Assembly (NCBI GenBank): GCA_964291625.2
Contig: OZ220089.1
Span: forward strand, 3,328,001 to 3,392,000
Length of the DNA: 64,000 nt
Origin: Candidatus Latescibacterota bacterium
Lineage (GTDB): Bacteria > Latescibacterota > UBA2968 > UBA8231
Direction of reading: 5' to 3'
Position numbers and translations under genes: made by a program. Position 1 is the stretch's first letter; each line of letters opens with the position of its first letter. Positions 38,272 to 47,715 of this stretch are shown here, in pieces. The notes under the pieces were generated by a model. That model was not told the origin of the DNA and did not search any database. It saw only the letters and a program-made list of their open reading frames with translations.

Positions 38272-40143
38272 ATGACACGAAGGATGACCGGTATCGCACC
38301 GGTCCTGATCCTCGCCCTGGCCAGCCTCGCCTCTGCGGAGAACGCCGATCGTCCGCGCATCAAGGTCGAGGCGGTCAACCCGTGGACCCACCTGGACCTG
38401 CGCAACGACCCCGACCACTTCCAGTTCGCCATCGTCGCCGACCGCACCGGCGGCCACCGGGAGGGCGTCTTCGCCGACGCCGTGGGCAAGCTGAACCTGC
38501 TGCAGCCCGAGTTCGTCATGAGCGTGGGCGACCTGATCGAGGGCTACACCGAGAACCGGGAGACCCTCGCCGCCGAGTGGGACGAGTTCGACGGCTTCGT
38601 CGACGCCCTCGACATGCCCTTCTTCTACCTGCCGGGCAACCACGACATCTCCAACGATGTCATGGCCGAGGTCTGGGCCGAGCGCCTCGGCCGCGCCTGG
38701 TACTCCTTCGTCTACCGCGACGTGCTCTTCGTCTGCCTCAACTCCGAGGACGGGGAACCCGGCAACGTGGGGGCCGAGCAGCGCGACTGGCTGGCGGGCG
38801 TGCTCGACGAACACCGCGACGTGCGCTGGACCCTGGTCTTCGTCCACAAGCCCCTGTGGAACTACGCCGACGACGGAGAGTTGCGGGACACGGGCTGGGC
38901 CGAGGTGGAGGAGCTGCTCCGAGGGCGCCGGCACACGGTCTTCGCCGGCCACTTCCACCGCTACACCCGGCACGTGCGCAACGACAGCCGCTACATCGTC
39001 CTGGCCACCACCGGCGGCGGCAGCTCCCTGGCCGGTCCGATCTACGGCCAGTTCGACCACGTCGTCTGGGTGACCATGACCGGCGACGGCCCGCGGATCG
39101 CCAACCTCATGCTCGACGGCATCTGGGACGAGGAGATCCGCACCGAGGAGATGGCCCGCCTCGTGACCCCCCTGCTCAGTGGCCGGGCCGTGGCCGTGGA
39201 GCCGATCATTGGCCGCTCGAAGCGCTTCGCCGGCGGCGTCACCTCCGTCCGCCTCACCAACGACGCCGACGTGCCGCTGCGGATATCGGCCCGCTTCGCC
39301 GCGAACGCCCTGCTGGCCCCGTCGCCGGCCTCCATCGACCGGGAGCTGCCCCCGAACTCGGTGGAGCAGATCGAGCTGCAGATCTCCACGGGGGGGGAGC
39401 GGGCGGTGGACGACCTGTCGCCGCTGCAGCTCGAGTGGCAGGCCGAGTACGTGCAGGACGAGTTCGAGATCCCCGCGGTCGAGGGAAGCGCCGCCATGGT
39501 CGTGAGCCGCATCTACGAGCTGCCCCGGAGGACCGGCGCTCCTCCCGTCGTCGACGGCGATCTGAGCGACTGGGACGATCTCGCCTTCCACGTGCCGGAA
39601 CCGGCCGAGATCGACGTCGACGCCGACTCCTGGACCGGGCCGGACGACTGCTCCTGGCGCTTCGGCGTCGAGTACGACGACGACAACCTCTACGTCGCCG
39701 TGGAGGTCACCGACGAGCGCCGCATCTACCTGGGCGGCAACGCCTGGTCCCAGGACGGGCTGGAGCTGCGGGTGGACGGCCGTTCCGACCCGGAGCGCTC
39801 CCGGGGACGCGACGCCAGCCGCTCCGTGGAGGAGCGCGTCTTCGTCGCCATCAGCCCGGGCGAGCGGCTGGAGGAGATGTTCCTGGTGGCGCCGGAGGAG
39901 CTGGACTCCCTCGGCGTTCAGGCCGTGGGCATCCCCACGCCGGCGGGCCACGCCTACGAGGTCTCCATCCCCCTGGGCTACATCGAGGACCGTCAGGGCA
40001 AGGACTGGCGCCGCGTGCGGATCAACATCGCCGTCGACGACTACGACGAGAAGACGGGGCCCCTGGCCCAGCTGTGGTGGCAGCCCGACTGGCGCGACGA
40101 GACGAACTTCGCGGGGTCCGGGACCTTCGAGCGCGAGCCGTGA
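38272..40143 (+). CDS. secreted calcineurin-like metallophosphoesterase with C-terminal CBM9-like domain
   Basis: Signal peptide; ADRTGG, VGDLIEG, PGNHD, FVHKP, FAGHFH; VVDGDLSDW, YDDDNLYVAVEVTD, DGLEL. Confidence 0.85.
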   Translation: MTRRMTGIAPVLILALASLASAENADRPRIKVEAVNPWTHLDLRNDPDHFQFAIVADRTGGHREGVFADAVGKLNLLQPEFVMSVGDLIEGYTENRETLAAEWDEFDGFVDALDMPFFYLPGNHDISNDVMAEVWAERLGRAWYSFVYRDVLFVCLNSEDGEPGNVGAEQRDWLAGVLDEHRDVRWTLVFVHKPLWNYADDGELRDTGWAEVEELLRGRRHTVFAGHFHRYTRHVRNDSRYIVLATTGGGSSLAGPIYGQFDHVVWVTMTGDGPRIANLMLDGIWDEEIRTEEMARLVTPLLSGRAVAVEPIIGRSKRFAGGVTSVRLTNDADVPLRISARFAANALLAPSPASIDRELPPNSVEQIELQISTGGERAVDDLSPLQLEWQAEYVQDEFEIPAVEGSAAMVVSRIYELPRRTGAPPVVDGDLSDWDDLAFHVPEPAEIDVDADSWTGPDDCSWRFGVEYDDDNLYVAVEVTDERRIYLGGNAWSQDGLELRVDGRSDPERSRGRDASRSVEERVFVAISPGERLEEMFLVAPEELDSLGVQAVGIPTPAGHAYEVSIPLGYIEDRQGKDWRRVRINIAVDDYDEKTGPLAQLWWQPDWRDETNFAGSGTFEREP

Positions 40144-40156
40144 AGCCGCGGCCGTC

Positions 40157-40597
40157 GTGAGCCGCTCGCGCCTGCTGTTCCTGTGCACGGGGAACTCCTG
40201 CCGCAGCCAGATGGCCGAAGGCTGGGCCCGCCACCTGCGCGGCGACGCCTTCGAGGCCCACTCCGCCGGCCTCGAGGCCCGCGGCCTCGACCCGCGGGCG
40301 GTGGCCGTCATGGCCGAGGCGGGGGTCGACATCTCCGGACAGCGGTCGCAGAGACTGGACGAGACCGGCCTCGACTTCGACCTGGTGGTCACGGTCTGCG
40401 ATCACGCCGCGGAGAGCTGTCCCCTCTTTCCGGGATCTGCGAAGGTCCTGCACCGCGGCTTCGAAGATCCGCCGAGGCTGGCCGCCACCGCCTCCGGTGA
40501 GCAGGAGGCCCTGGACCACTACCGCCGCGTGCGCGACGAGATCCGGGAGTACGTGGCCGGCCTGCCGCTGACCGGGGAGGACCCGGGCCCCGGCTGA
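40157..40597 (+). CDS. arsC: thioredoxin-type arsenate reductase (LMW-PTP fold)
   Basis: LFLCTGNSCRSQMAEG, TVCDHAAESCP, FEDP, RRVRDEI. Confidence 0.9.
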   Translation: MSRSRLLFLCTGNSCRSQMAEGWARHLRGDAFEAHSAGLEARGLDPRAVAVMAEAGVDISGQRSQRLDETGLDFDLVVTVCDHAAESCPLFPGSAKVLHRGFEDPPRLAATASGEQEALDHYRRVRDEIREYVAGLPLTGEDPGPG

Positions 40598-40694
40598 GCC
40601 GGAGCCCCGCCGGGACTCCCCCTCAGGGTTCGGACACCCTCCGGGGGATCTGCGTCCTGGCGCACGGATCCTGGTCGGCGCGGGCCCCGCAGCC

Positions 40695-42332
40695 TCAGTG
40701 GAAGTCCTGGTATCTCTTCAGCACCAGCGTCAGGATCCCCTGCATCGCCAGCGCCAGGCCGAGGAGGCGCCCCCCGTCCCCGGGCCCGCGGCCGAGGTGG
40801 AGGGCGGCGCAGAGGACGGCCAGGGGCAGGGCGAAGATCCACAGGCGGGCGCTCTCTCCCGCCGTGGCGCCGAAGATGGCCATGCAGGCCAGCAGGCACA
40901 GCAGTCCCGCTCCGGGCACCCCGGGACCGCGCCGCAACTTTGCAACGCAGAGCAGGACCAGCGCCGGGCCGCTCCAGAGGGCGAACTCCAGCAGGTTGAG
41001 GACGCCGTAGTAGAGGCGGTTCCCCAGGCTCCAGTCGACGGCCTTGGCGATCTCGTGGACGGCCATGGCCTGGAGGAAGCGGTCCCAGGCATGGTAGCCG
41101 CAGACCACCGCCATGACGGTGTAGGCCGCCGCGAACCCGGCCGCGGCCCAGGCCGCCGCGGGGAGCCGCGAGAGGACCGGCGCCGACCGCCGGTTCGCCC
41201 AGGCGAAGGCGAGGGGCACCACGGCCAGGGGCGTCAGGGCGAAGGAGACCCACGTGGCCAGGTAGTAGGCGGCCCCGGCCAGGGCGGCGGGCCAGCGGCC
41301 GCCCTCCTGCAGGGCGCGGGCGGCCAGGTAGAGGCAGGCCGTGGCCAGCAGCGGGTGCAGATACTGATCGGCGTGCATGCCGATGAGGACGACGCTGGGC
41401 GCCGTCACGTAGAGCAGGGACGCCGTGAGGGCGCCGCGGTCGTCGGTGAACCGCAGGGCCAGGGCGTACAGAGGTATCACGGCGGCGTAGGCCAGCAGGG
41501 GCAGGACCAGGGCGGCGAAGGTGGCCAGCCGCGGGAGAGGATCGTCGGGCAGCCCCGGCACGGCGCGCCCGAGGCGCTCCACGACTCCGAGAAAGACCTG
41601 GAGCCCCGGCGGCTTGGTGGCGTGGAAGAAGGGGGACAGCTTCCCGTCATCCAGCAGCTCGTCGTAGCGCGTCAGCACCCGCCACAGGCCCGGCTGCTCG
41701 GCGGCGGCGCGGGCGAAGACGCCGTGCCCGGAGTCGGTGAAGCGGCCCCGCAGGACGTCCAGGCCGCGGCCCTCCATGAACGCCAGCCCGAAGTGGAGGC
41801 AGGCCCCCCACAAGACGATGAGAACCACGTTCCGGCGTCGGCACCCCGGGGCCCGCAGAACGACCGCCGCCACGGCCGCGGTGCCGGCGGCCAGGGGGAC
41901 CCAGAGCCAGACCCACGGCAGGGCCGTCGTGTGCAGAGGCCAGAACCACCCCGGCAGGGCCTCGAAGACCGGCGCCTCGAGCAGGAAGATCCCGCAGACG
42001 AAGGCGGCCGACAGCAGCAGGCCGCCCGCCAGCGGCCGGTTCCAGGGGGGGCGGAGCCGGGGGGCGATCCACATCCAGGCGCCGGCCGCCGGACCGCCGG
42101 CCAGCAGCAGCAGGGCCACCCGCATGACCAGGGCGTCGGCGCGGCGCAGGTGGTAGGTCACCGGGTGGATGGACTGCCCCGTGATGATCTCGTTGAGCAG
42201 CCCCACCGTCATGCGCTGCTCGTACATGGCCAGGACGATCCGTTCTCCGAAGAGGGCGTGGAACGCCATCCCGGCCGCGGCGGCCGCGGGGCCGGCGAGG
42301 GGGAGCAGGAGAACCTGTCGGCGGGGTGTCAT
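40695..42332 (-). CDS. polytopic membrane protein, GT-C glycosyltransferase-like
   Basis: More than 10 TM helices, FHATKPPG loop, AGESARLW. Confidence 0.6.
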   Translation of the reverse strand: MTPRRQVLLLPLAGPAAAAAGMAFHALFGERIVLAMYEQRMTVGLLNEIITGQSIHPVTYHLRRADALVMRVALLLLAGGPAAGAWMWIAPRLRPPWNRPLAGGLLLSAAFVCGIFLLEAPVFEALPGWFWPLHTTALPWVWLWVPLAAGTAAVAAVVLRAPGCRRRNVVLIVLWGACLHFGLAFMEGRGLDVLRGRFTDSGHGVFARAAAEQPGLWRVLTRYDELLDDGKLSPFFHATKPPGLQVFLGVVERLGRAVPGLPDDPLPRLATFAALVLPLLAYAAVIPLYALALRFTDDRGALTASLLYVTAPSVVLIGMHADQYLHPLLATACLYLAARALQEGGRWPAALAGAAYYLATWVSFALTPLAVVPLAFAWANRRSAPVLSRLPAAAWAAAGFAAAYTVMAVVCGYHAWDRFLQAMAVHEIAKAVDWSLGNRLYYGVLNLLEFALWSGPALVLLCVAKLRRGPGVPGAGLLCLLACMAIFGATAGESARLWIFALPLAVLCAALHLGRGPGDGGRLLGLALAMQGILTLVLKRYQDFH

Positions 42333-42488
42333 TGGAGTCGGTGTCCCGATGAACTCGGGGCCGCCTTGAGACTAAGGCCGGGGAGACCCTGCGAAAAGCG
42401 GAAGACGCGAAGGATGCTCACGGCCGATTCGGCGGGGCCCGTGTCCGCCATGACTGCCGTTCGAGACTCGGACATGCGGTCCAACCCT

Positions 42489-42505
42489 CTGGCACGGCGA
42501 TTGCG
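42489..42505 (+). promoter_or_regulatory. sigma-54 (-24/-12) promoter
   Basis: CTGGCAC-GGCGA-TTGCG matches TGGCAC-N5-TTGC exactly. Confidence 0.7.
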
Positions 42506-42598
42506 TGTACCCAGGACAGCAATGGGAATGGAGAACCACAATCAGCTGTCGAACATGCAGGCAGGAGCGATCAGTCACCCCAGTCAGAGGAGGACCAA

Positions 42599-42715
42599 AT
42601 GAAGAGGATTCGATTGCTCAAAGAGATCGCCGTCCCCGCGGCCATCGTCTTCGGCTACGCCGGACTCTCCGCTTTCTCCCACTACGCCAGCGTGATCCTG
42701 GCGCGCACCGCCTGA
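42599..42715 (+). CDS. 38-aa small hydrophobic protein (not in ORF track)
   Basis: Strong RBS GAGGAGG; MKRIRLLKEIAVPAAIVFGYAGLSAFSHYASVILARTA*. Confidence 0.6.
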   Translation: MKRIRLLKEIAVPAAIVFGYAGLSAFSHYASVILARTA

Positions 42716-42741
42716 GTCCGCGAACAACCCCTCGTTTCCTC

Positions 42742-42782
42742 CCGGGCCGTCCGCCGTCCCCCAGGCGGCCGGCCCGGTTTTT
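42742..42782 (+). terminator. intrinsic terminator
   Basis: CCGGGCCG-T-CCGCC...GGCGG-C-CGGCCCGG stem followed by TTTTT. Confidence 0.7.
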
Positions 42783-42954
42783 GCGCTGGCGAGCGGCCGT
42801 GGGCAGGGGGGAGTCGTGCAAGATGCGCCCTGCCCGTGCAGAATCAGCATCTTTGGGCCGGATCCCGGGATGGGTTAGGATTGCCCGGTCCCGCACAGGG
42901 ATCCCCGGCGGAATGGCCCGGGGCAACAGTTCATACTGAGAGAGGAGCCTCGAC

Positions 42955-43137
42955 ATGCAGTCCAGAGGAAGGATCATCTTCACGGGCAACTTCTGGGAGT
43001 ACTTCATCATGTCCCTGGGTTTGCTCGTGCTCTCGGTGATCACTCTCGGAATCGTGCTGCCCTACTGGACGTACTGGCAGTTCAAGTACTTCTTCGCCAA
43101 CATGGAGATCGAGATCGAGAGTCCTGGAGGAGCCTAG
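42955..43137 (+). CDS. small membrane protein (DUF6693/DUF898-like)
   Basis: RBS GAGGAG; FTGNFWEYF...SVITLGIVLPYW. Confidence 0.75.
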   Translation: MQSRGRIIFTGNFWEYFIMSLGLLVLSVITLGIVLPYWTYWQFKYFFANMEIEIESPGGA

Positions 43138-43168
43138 GGCGACGGCGGACCAGAGGAGGCAACCGGCG

Positions 43169-43981
43169 ATGAACGAGAGAGAGAAGTTCCTGTTCGACCT
43201 GCACGGATACCTGGTGGTCGAAGACGCGCTCACGCCCGGGGAAGTGGCCGCCGGCAACGCGGCGATCGAGCACCACGTCCACCTGGTGCAGCCGCGCGAG
43301 CCGGGCCTGGCCCAGGGAGCCGAGCACCTCGTCGCCCGCACCGGCCGCGGCGAGCTGCAACAGAACCCCCTGACCTTCGACCGGCCCTGGTGCGAGCCCT
43401 TCCGCCGCATGCTGACCCACCCCCGGATCGTCGACATCTTCAACGAGATCCTGGGCCCGGGCTTCCGCCTCGATCACGGCCCGGGGCTGATCCAGATGGA
43501 CGACGAGACCGAGGGCCACCGCCTCCACGGCGGCATGACCTTCGACCCGAGCCAGTATCACTCCTTCGCCCACGGCCGCATGCAATGCGGACTGTGCGTG
43601 GCCGCCTGGCAGCTCACGGACACGCGGCCGGGGGACGGCGGCTTCGCCTGCATCCCCGGCAGCCACAAGGCCAACTACCGCCCACCGATGGAGTTGCTGA
43701 AGCTCGACGAGGACTGGGGCTGCGTGGAGCAGGTGGCCGCCCCGGCCGGCTCCGTGGTGATCTTCAACGAGGCCCTGGTCCACGGCACCCTGCCGTGGCG
43801 CCCCGCCGACCGCATGCGCCGTTCGATCCTCTTCAAGTACTCGCCCGGCTTCATGTCCTGGGGCAGCCCCCACGGGGCGTGTCCGATCGCCGACCCCACG
43901 CCCGAGGAGGAGGCGATCTACCAGGACCCCCGCCGCACGGGGAGGCCGGCGCTGGGGGAGGGTCCAGACCATGGAAGATGA
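43169..43981 (+). CDS. PhyH-fold Fe(II)/2OG enzyme with HxG motif
   Basis: FLFDLHGYLVV, RLHGG, GGFACIPGSHK, AGSVVIFNEALVHGT, RRSILFKY; RBS GAGGAGG. Confidence 0.85.
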   Translation: MNEREKFLFDLHGYLVVEDALTPGEVAAGNAAIEHHVHLVQPREPGLAQGAEHLVARTGRGELQQNPLTFDRPWCEPFRRMLTHPRIVDIFNEILGPGFRLDHGPGLIQMDDETEGHRLHGGMTFDPSQYHSFAHGRMQCGLCVAAWQLTDTRPGDGGFACIPGSHKANYRPPMELLKLDEDWGCVEQVAAPAGSVVIFNEALVHGTLPWRPADRMRRSILFKYSPGFMSWGSPHGACPIADPTPEEEAIYQDPRRTGRPALGEGPDHGR

Positions 43982-44216
43982 AGTGCCCGAACTGGATCTG
44001 GTGGTCCTGGCGGAGCCCATCGTGGAGCACGGTCTGGTGGCAGGAGATGTGGGCACGGTGGTGCATAGATACGCGGACGATGATGCGTCGGAGGTAGAGT
44101 TCGTGGATACTCAGGGCACCACGATCGCGGTTCTGACCTTGGACGATTCTGCAGTGCGTCCCCCCATGGCGGGGGAGATTCTACACGTCAGGGATGTATC
44201 GCCCACGGAGTCCTGA
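43971..44216 (+). CDS. DUF4926 family protein
   Basis: ELDLVVL, GLVAGDVGTVVHRY, EVEF, GTTIAVLTL. Confidence 0.8.
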   Translation: MEDEVPELDLVVLAEPIVEHGLVAGDVGTVVHRYADDDASEVEFVDTQGTTIAVLTLDDSAVRPPMAGEILHVRDVSPTES

Positions 44217-44219
44217 CTG

Positions 44220-44414
44220 ATGACCCGGCTCCTGGAGCTCCCGAGTGATGAGCAGGACGCGATTGCGGTTGTGTTGATGACAGAGCTCGAGTCGGAGCGC
44301 CGGTGGGAACGTGCATTCGACGCTACAGCAGAGCAGTTGTCCCGCCTCGCAGATGAGGCACTTGGTGAGCACCGGGAAGGCAAGACCGAGCCGTTCGATT
44401 CCCATGGCTCATGA
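44220..44414 (+). CDS. small antitoxin-like protein
   Basis: LPSDEQDAIA...ELESERRWERAF...LADEALGEHREGKT resembles small acidic addiction-module antidotes. Confidence 0.6.
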   Translation: MTRLLELPSDEQDAIAVVLMTELESERRWERAFDATAEQLSRLADEALGEHREGKTEPFDSHGS

Positions 44415-44433
44415 CTGAAGCCGGATTCTTCAT

Positions 44434-45246
44434 TTGAGCAAGAGACTCAATCTCGACGAGGCCATAGCCAAGCAATGGCTGGAAAACCAAGGGCACTGCG
44501 TCGGGTGCCCATGTGGCGATCCTCCAGATCTTGTAGCGGACGGAAGATACGCCGTTGAGGTTCGACGACTGAATCGTCAGGTCAGGAGCCAGGGAGAAGA
44601 GGAGTATGAACGACCCCTGGGTGATCTGATCAAGGATGCAATTCGGTGCATGAGGCCAACGGAAGGCACCTGGATCGTCGATGCCGAGTACCAGTACTCA
44701 GAAGGCTATCCTGACACTAGAAAGGCAAGGAGGGAGGCAAAGAGGGAGATCCAGGAAGCCCTCTGCTCTCTTACAGAGAGGGATGACGGGGTGCTTGATG
44801 CACCAAGATCAAGATATCTCAACCGCTGTGGAGAGCATTCGCGTGAACTTGACCACATAGGTGGGCTGCACCTGTGCTTACCATGCGGTATCCACCTTGA
44901 ACTTCACAGGATAGAGTCGTCGACTCGGAAATTTCGGCTTGGTAATGTCTCGGAAGGAGAGGGTGTTCTGGTCGAGCCCACATTGCAAGAGAGCATTGAA
45001 TTCGCAATTGAGGAAAAAGCGGGGAAGATCAAGGGCAAGGAACAAGACCATGAGTGGTGGCTTGTCCTGGTTGACTATATCGGCGTCGTTCCTTCCTCGG
45101 GTCTGAGCAAAGCCGAACTGGCCAGCCTTCGGAGACGAGTCCGTGTCGTGGCTCCTTGGTCCAGAGTAGTCATTGTCAGCCGCCGGAATCCCGAGTGGTG
45201 GTACGAATTGTGTCCGGATGAACAGGTCCCGTGCGGCAAGCTGTAG
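44434..45246 (+). CDS. hypothetical protein, possible PD-(D/E)xK nuclease fold
   Basis: DPPDLVADGRYAVEVRRL, WWLVLVDY; distinctly lower GC. Confidence 0.55.
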   Translation: MSKRLNLDEAIAKQWLENQGHCVGCPCGDPPDLVADGRYAVEVRRLNRQVRSQGEEEYERPLGDLIKDAIRCMRPTEGTWIVDAEYQYSEGYPDTRKARREAKREIQEALCSLTERDDGVLDAPRSRYLNRCGEHSRELDHIGGLHLCLPCGIHLELHRIESSTRKFRLGNVSEGEGVLVEPTLQESIEFAIEEKAGKIKGKEQDHEWWLVLVDYIGVVPSSGLSKAELASLRRRVRVVAPWSRVVIVSRRNPEWWYELCPDEQVPCGKL

Positions 45247-45276
45247 CATGGCCTGAGCACACAATCACCGGACAAG

Positions 45277-46392
45277 ATGGCCAGTAGACGAGAGATCCAT
45301 CCCCCCACGATGCAGCCCCTCTACGACTGCATCGCCCAAGGGGACGCAGATAGCGTACGGGGGTTGCTGGACGCCGACTCGTCGCTCGTGAGTGCGACCT
45401 TCTTCTATCCAGGTGATGACCGGCCCAACCGGGCGCTCGACATGGCGGTGCGTCACAAGCACTACGACATCATTGGAATGCTGCTGGAGCGGGGGGCCTA
45501 TTCCAACAGGGCCATCTACGACGCCGCCGAGCATGCGTACAGTCAGATGCAGATCAACGAAGCCGAGTCCCTCCGCCTGCTGGTCGAAGAGGGGCCTCCC
45601 TTCGACATCCTCGGGGCGGCGGCCAGCGGCCGCGCGGAACGGGTGGGCGAGCTTTTGGAGAGTGACCCGGGTTGCATCGAGGCCCGGGACGAGCAGGGGC
45701 GAAGCCCCCTGTGTGTGGCGTCCTGGATCGTCGGCTGGCCGGACGTGGTCACCTTGCTCTTGGATGCCGGAGCGGACCCGAGTGATCCCGCGGATCCGAA
45801 GTATCCTGATTTCCCCGATGAGATCGCGCTGCGGCAGGCCCTCGGGCACTACGCCGAGGATGGTCATGCCGATGTGGCCCGCGTGCTGCTGAACCGCGGG
45901 GCCGTCTCGGCCTACTACATCCCCCCGGCTACCGTGGAGGTCCTGAAGCAGGACCCGGCAGGCCTCCAGGAGGTGCTGTCCGCCGGAGTCGATCCGGATG
46001 AACCCGATCGCTGGGGTCAGCCGCCCGTGGAGGTGGCGGCCCAGATACGGGCCGAGGTGGGAACCGAGCTGGTGAGAGTCCTATTGGATGCGGGCGCGGA
46101 GCCGTACCTTCATCTGGTGAGCGGCAACATCGGCTCCGCGGAACTGTGCCTGCAGCGGGGGGCGGACGTGAACGGGTATGATCAACTGCTTTATCTGGCC
46201 GTGGCCTACGGGCCGCACGAGACGAAGCTCGATGTCGTCAGGTTCCTGCTGTCCCACGGGATCGATGTGAACAGGCGACGCTCTGCCACGGCCCTGGATG
46301 CGGCCATCGAGTGCGAGAGAGAAGACATCGCCGATCTGCTGCGGAGCCGCGGCGGACTGCGCGCCGTGGAGTTGGACTCGGCTGTCCGGTAA
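45277..46392 (+). CDS. ankyrin-repeat protein
   Basis: GRSPLCVA, VTLLLDAGADP, LCLQRGADVN, RFLLSHGIDVN, TALDAA. Confidence 0.85.
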   Translation: MASRREIHPPTMQPLYDCIAQGDADSVRGLLDADSSLVSATFFYPGDDRPNRALDMAVRHKHYDIIGMLLERGAYSNRAIYDAAEHAYSQMQINEAESLRLLVEEGPPFDILGAAASGRAERVGELLESDPGCIEARDEQGRSPLCVASWIVGWPDVVTLLLDAGADPSDPADPKYPDFPDEIALRQALGHYAEDGHADVARVLLNRGAVSAYYIPPATVEVLKQDPAGLQEVLSAGVDPDEPDRWGQPPVEVAAQIRAEVGTELVRVLLDAGAEPYLHLVSGNIGSAELCLQRGADVNGYDQLLYLAVAYGPHETKLDVVRFLLSHGIDVNRRRSATALDAAIECEREDIADLLRSRGGLRAVELDSAVR

Positions 46393-46402
46393 GGAGGACC
46401 CC

Positions 46403-46942
46403 ATGACCACCGCCGCCGCGGACAACGGCCCCGCATCCGGGGAGCCCCCGGCAGGCCCCCCCGCGGACCGGGTCTTCGACCTCACCGCGCGCGTAGGCTG
46501 GACGAACCGGTTCGTCCTGGGGGGGCTCGGCCTGCTGATGATCGCCAACGGCCTGGCGAACCTGGCCCGCTGGAGCAGCACCGACTCAGGGGCGACTCCG
46601 TTGCTGGTGGTTGGGGTGATCAGTACGTGCTTCGGCCTGCTGATCCTGCCCGGCAGCTTCCTGTTCAGGCGGATGAACCGGCTCGTCATCGGCTTCTCGC
46701 AGGAGGACCTCAGCGTCAAGCGGGGGGTGTTCGTGCGGCAGCGCACGCCCTGGGCCGACATCGCCGGGATCACCCTGAGCCTGATGGCCGCGGAGATCGC
46801 CACCCGCGGCGGAAGGGTGCGGGTGATTCACTTCGGACTGCTGGGATACTCCGACAACCAGGAGATCAAGCCCCAGATCTTCCAGACGATCCGGGACTTC
46901 GCGCAGGCGAAGGGGATCCCGGTCACCGAGGAGGGCGGCTAG
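46403..46942 (+). CDS. membrane protein (2 TM + bPH-like domain)
   Basis: RBS AAGGAGG; two TM helices, then KRGVF...PWADIAGI. Confidence 0.65.
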   Translation: MTTAAADNGPASGEPPAGPPADRVFDLTARVGWTNRFVLGGLGLLMIANGLANLARWSSTDSGATPLLVVGVISTCFGLLILPGSFLFRRMNRLVIGFSQEDLSVKRGVFVRQRTPWADIAGITLSLMAAEIATRGGRVRVIHFGLLGYSDNQEIKPQIFQTIRDFAQAKGIPVTEEGG

Positions 46943-47715
46943 AGGTCCAGCTCCCGCCGCACCGCCGCCATCATCTCGCAGGCCGCCGCCAGGAAGGGCT
47001 CGTCGCCCCCCACAAGCAGCGCCCGGAAGCCGTCCTCCATCGCCTTCTCCATCGACGCCGGCTCGAAGGCCGGTCGGTACAACCCCAGGCCCGCGGGCTT
47101 GCCCGCCGCCGCCGCCGCGGCCGCCACCTTGGCCTGGGCCTCCTGGAAGACCTCGCTCTCGAACTCGAAGGGCACGTCCAGGCCGAAGGAGAGGTCAACC
47201 GGCCCGATGACTGGGAAGTCGACGCCCTCCACGGCGAGGATGGCCTCGATGTCATCCACGGCGGGGGCCGACTCGATGATGGGGATGAAGCTCACCAGGT
47301 CGTCGATCTTCTCCAGGTACTCGCCCGTCCGCCGTCCGAACCCGCCGGCGCGGTGGGGGCCGAAGCTGCGTATTCCCCGGGGCGGGTAGCGGCAGGCGAG
47401 GGCCCCGAACTCCGCGTCCTCCGGGGTCTCGACGAAGGCCGCCATGATGCCCAGGGCCCCCATGTCGAGGTAGAGGCGGATCTGCTCCTCGTTGACCCGC
47501 GGCAGGCGCACGACGGGGGTGGCCGGGGTGTTGCCGATGGCCTGCAGTTGCGCCTGGATGCCGTCCGGCGTCTGGGGCGCGTGCTCGGAGTCGATGACCA
47601 ACCAGTCGAACCCGGCGTGGCCGAACATCTCGGCGATGGCGGGCGACCCGAAGCGCAGTTGGGCGCCCACCGCCGCCCGCCCTTCCGCCAGGCGCTCCTT
47701 CAGACGGCTGTTCAC
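46939..47715 (-). CDS. HpcH/HpaI class II aldolase
   Basis: GFDWLVIDSEH, LDMGALG, RYPPRGIRS, IIES, IGPVDLS. Confidence 0.9.
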   Translation of the reverse strand: MNSRLKERLAEGRAAVGAQLRFGSPAIAEMFGHAGFDWLVIDSEHAPQTPDGIQAQLQAIGNTPATPVVRLPRVNEEQIRLYLDMGALGIMAAFVETPEDAEFGALACRYPPRGIRSFGPHRAGGFGRRTGEYLEKIDDLVSFIPIIESAPAVDDIEAILAVEGVDFPVIGPVDLSFGLDVPFEFESEVFQEAQAKVAAAAAAAGKPAGLGLYRPAFEPASMEKAMEDGFRALLVGGDEPFLAAACEMMAAVRRELDL

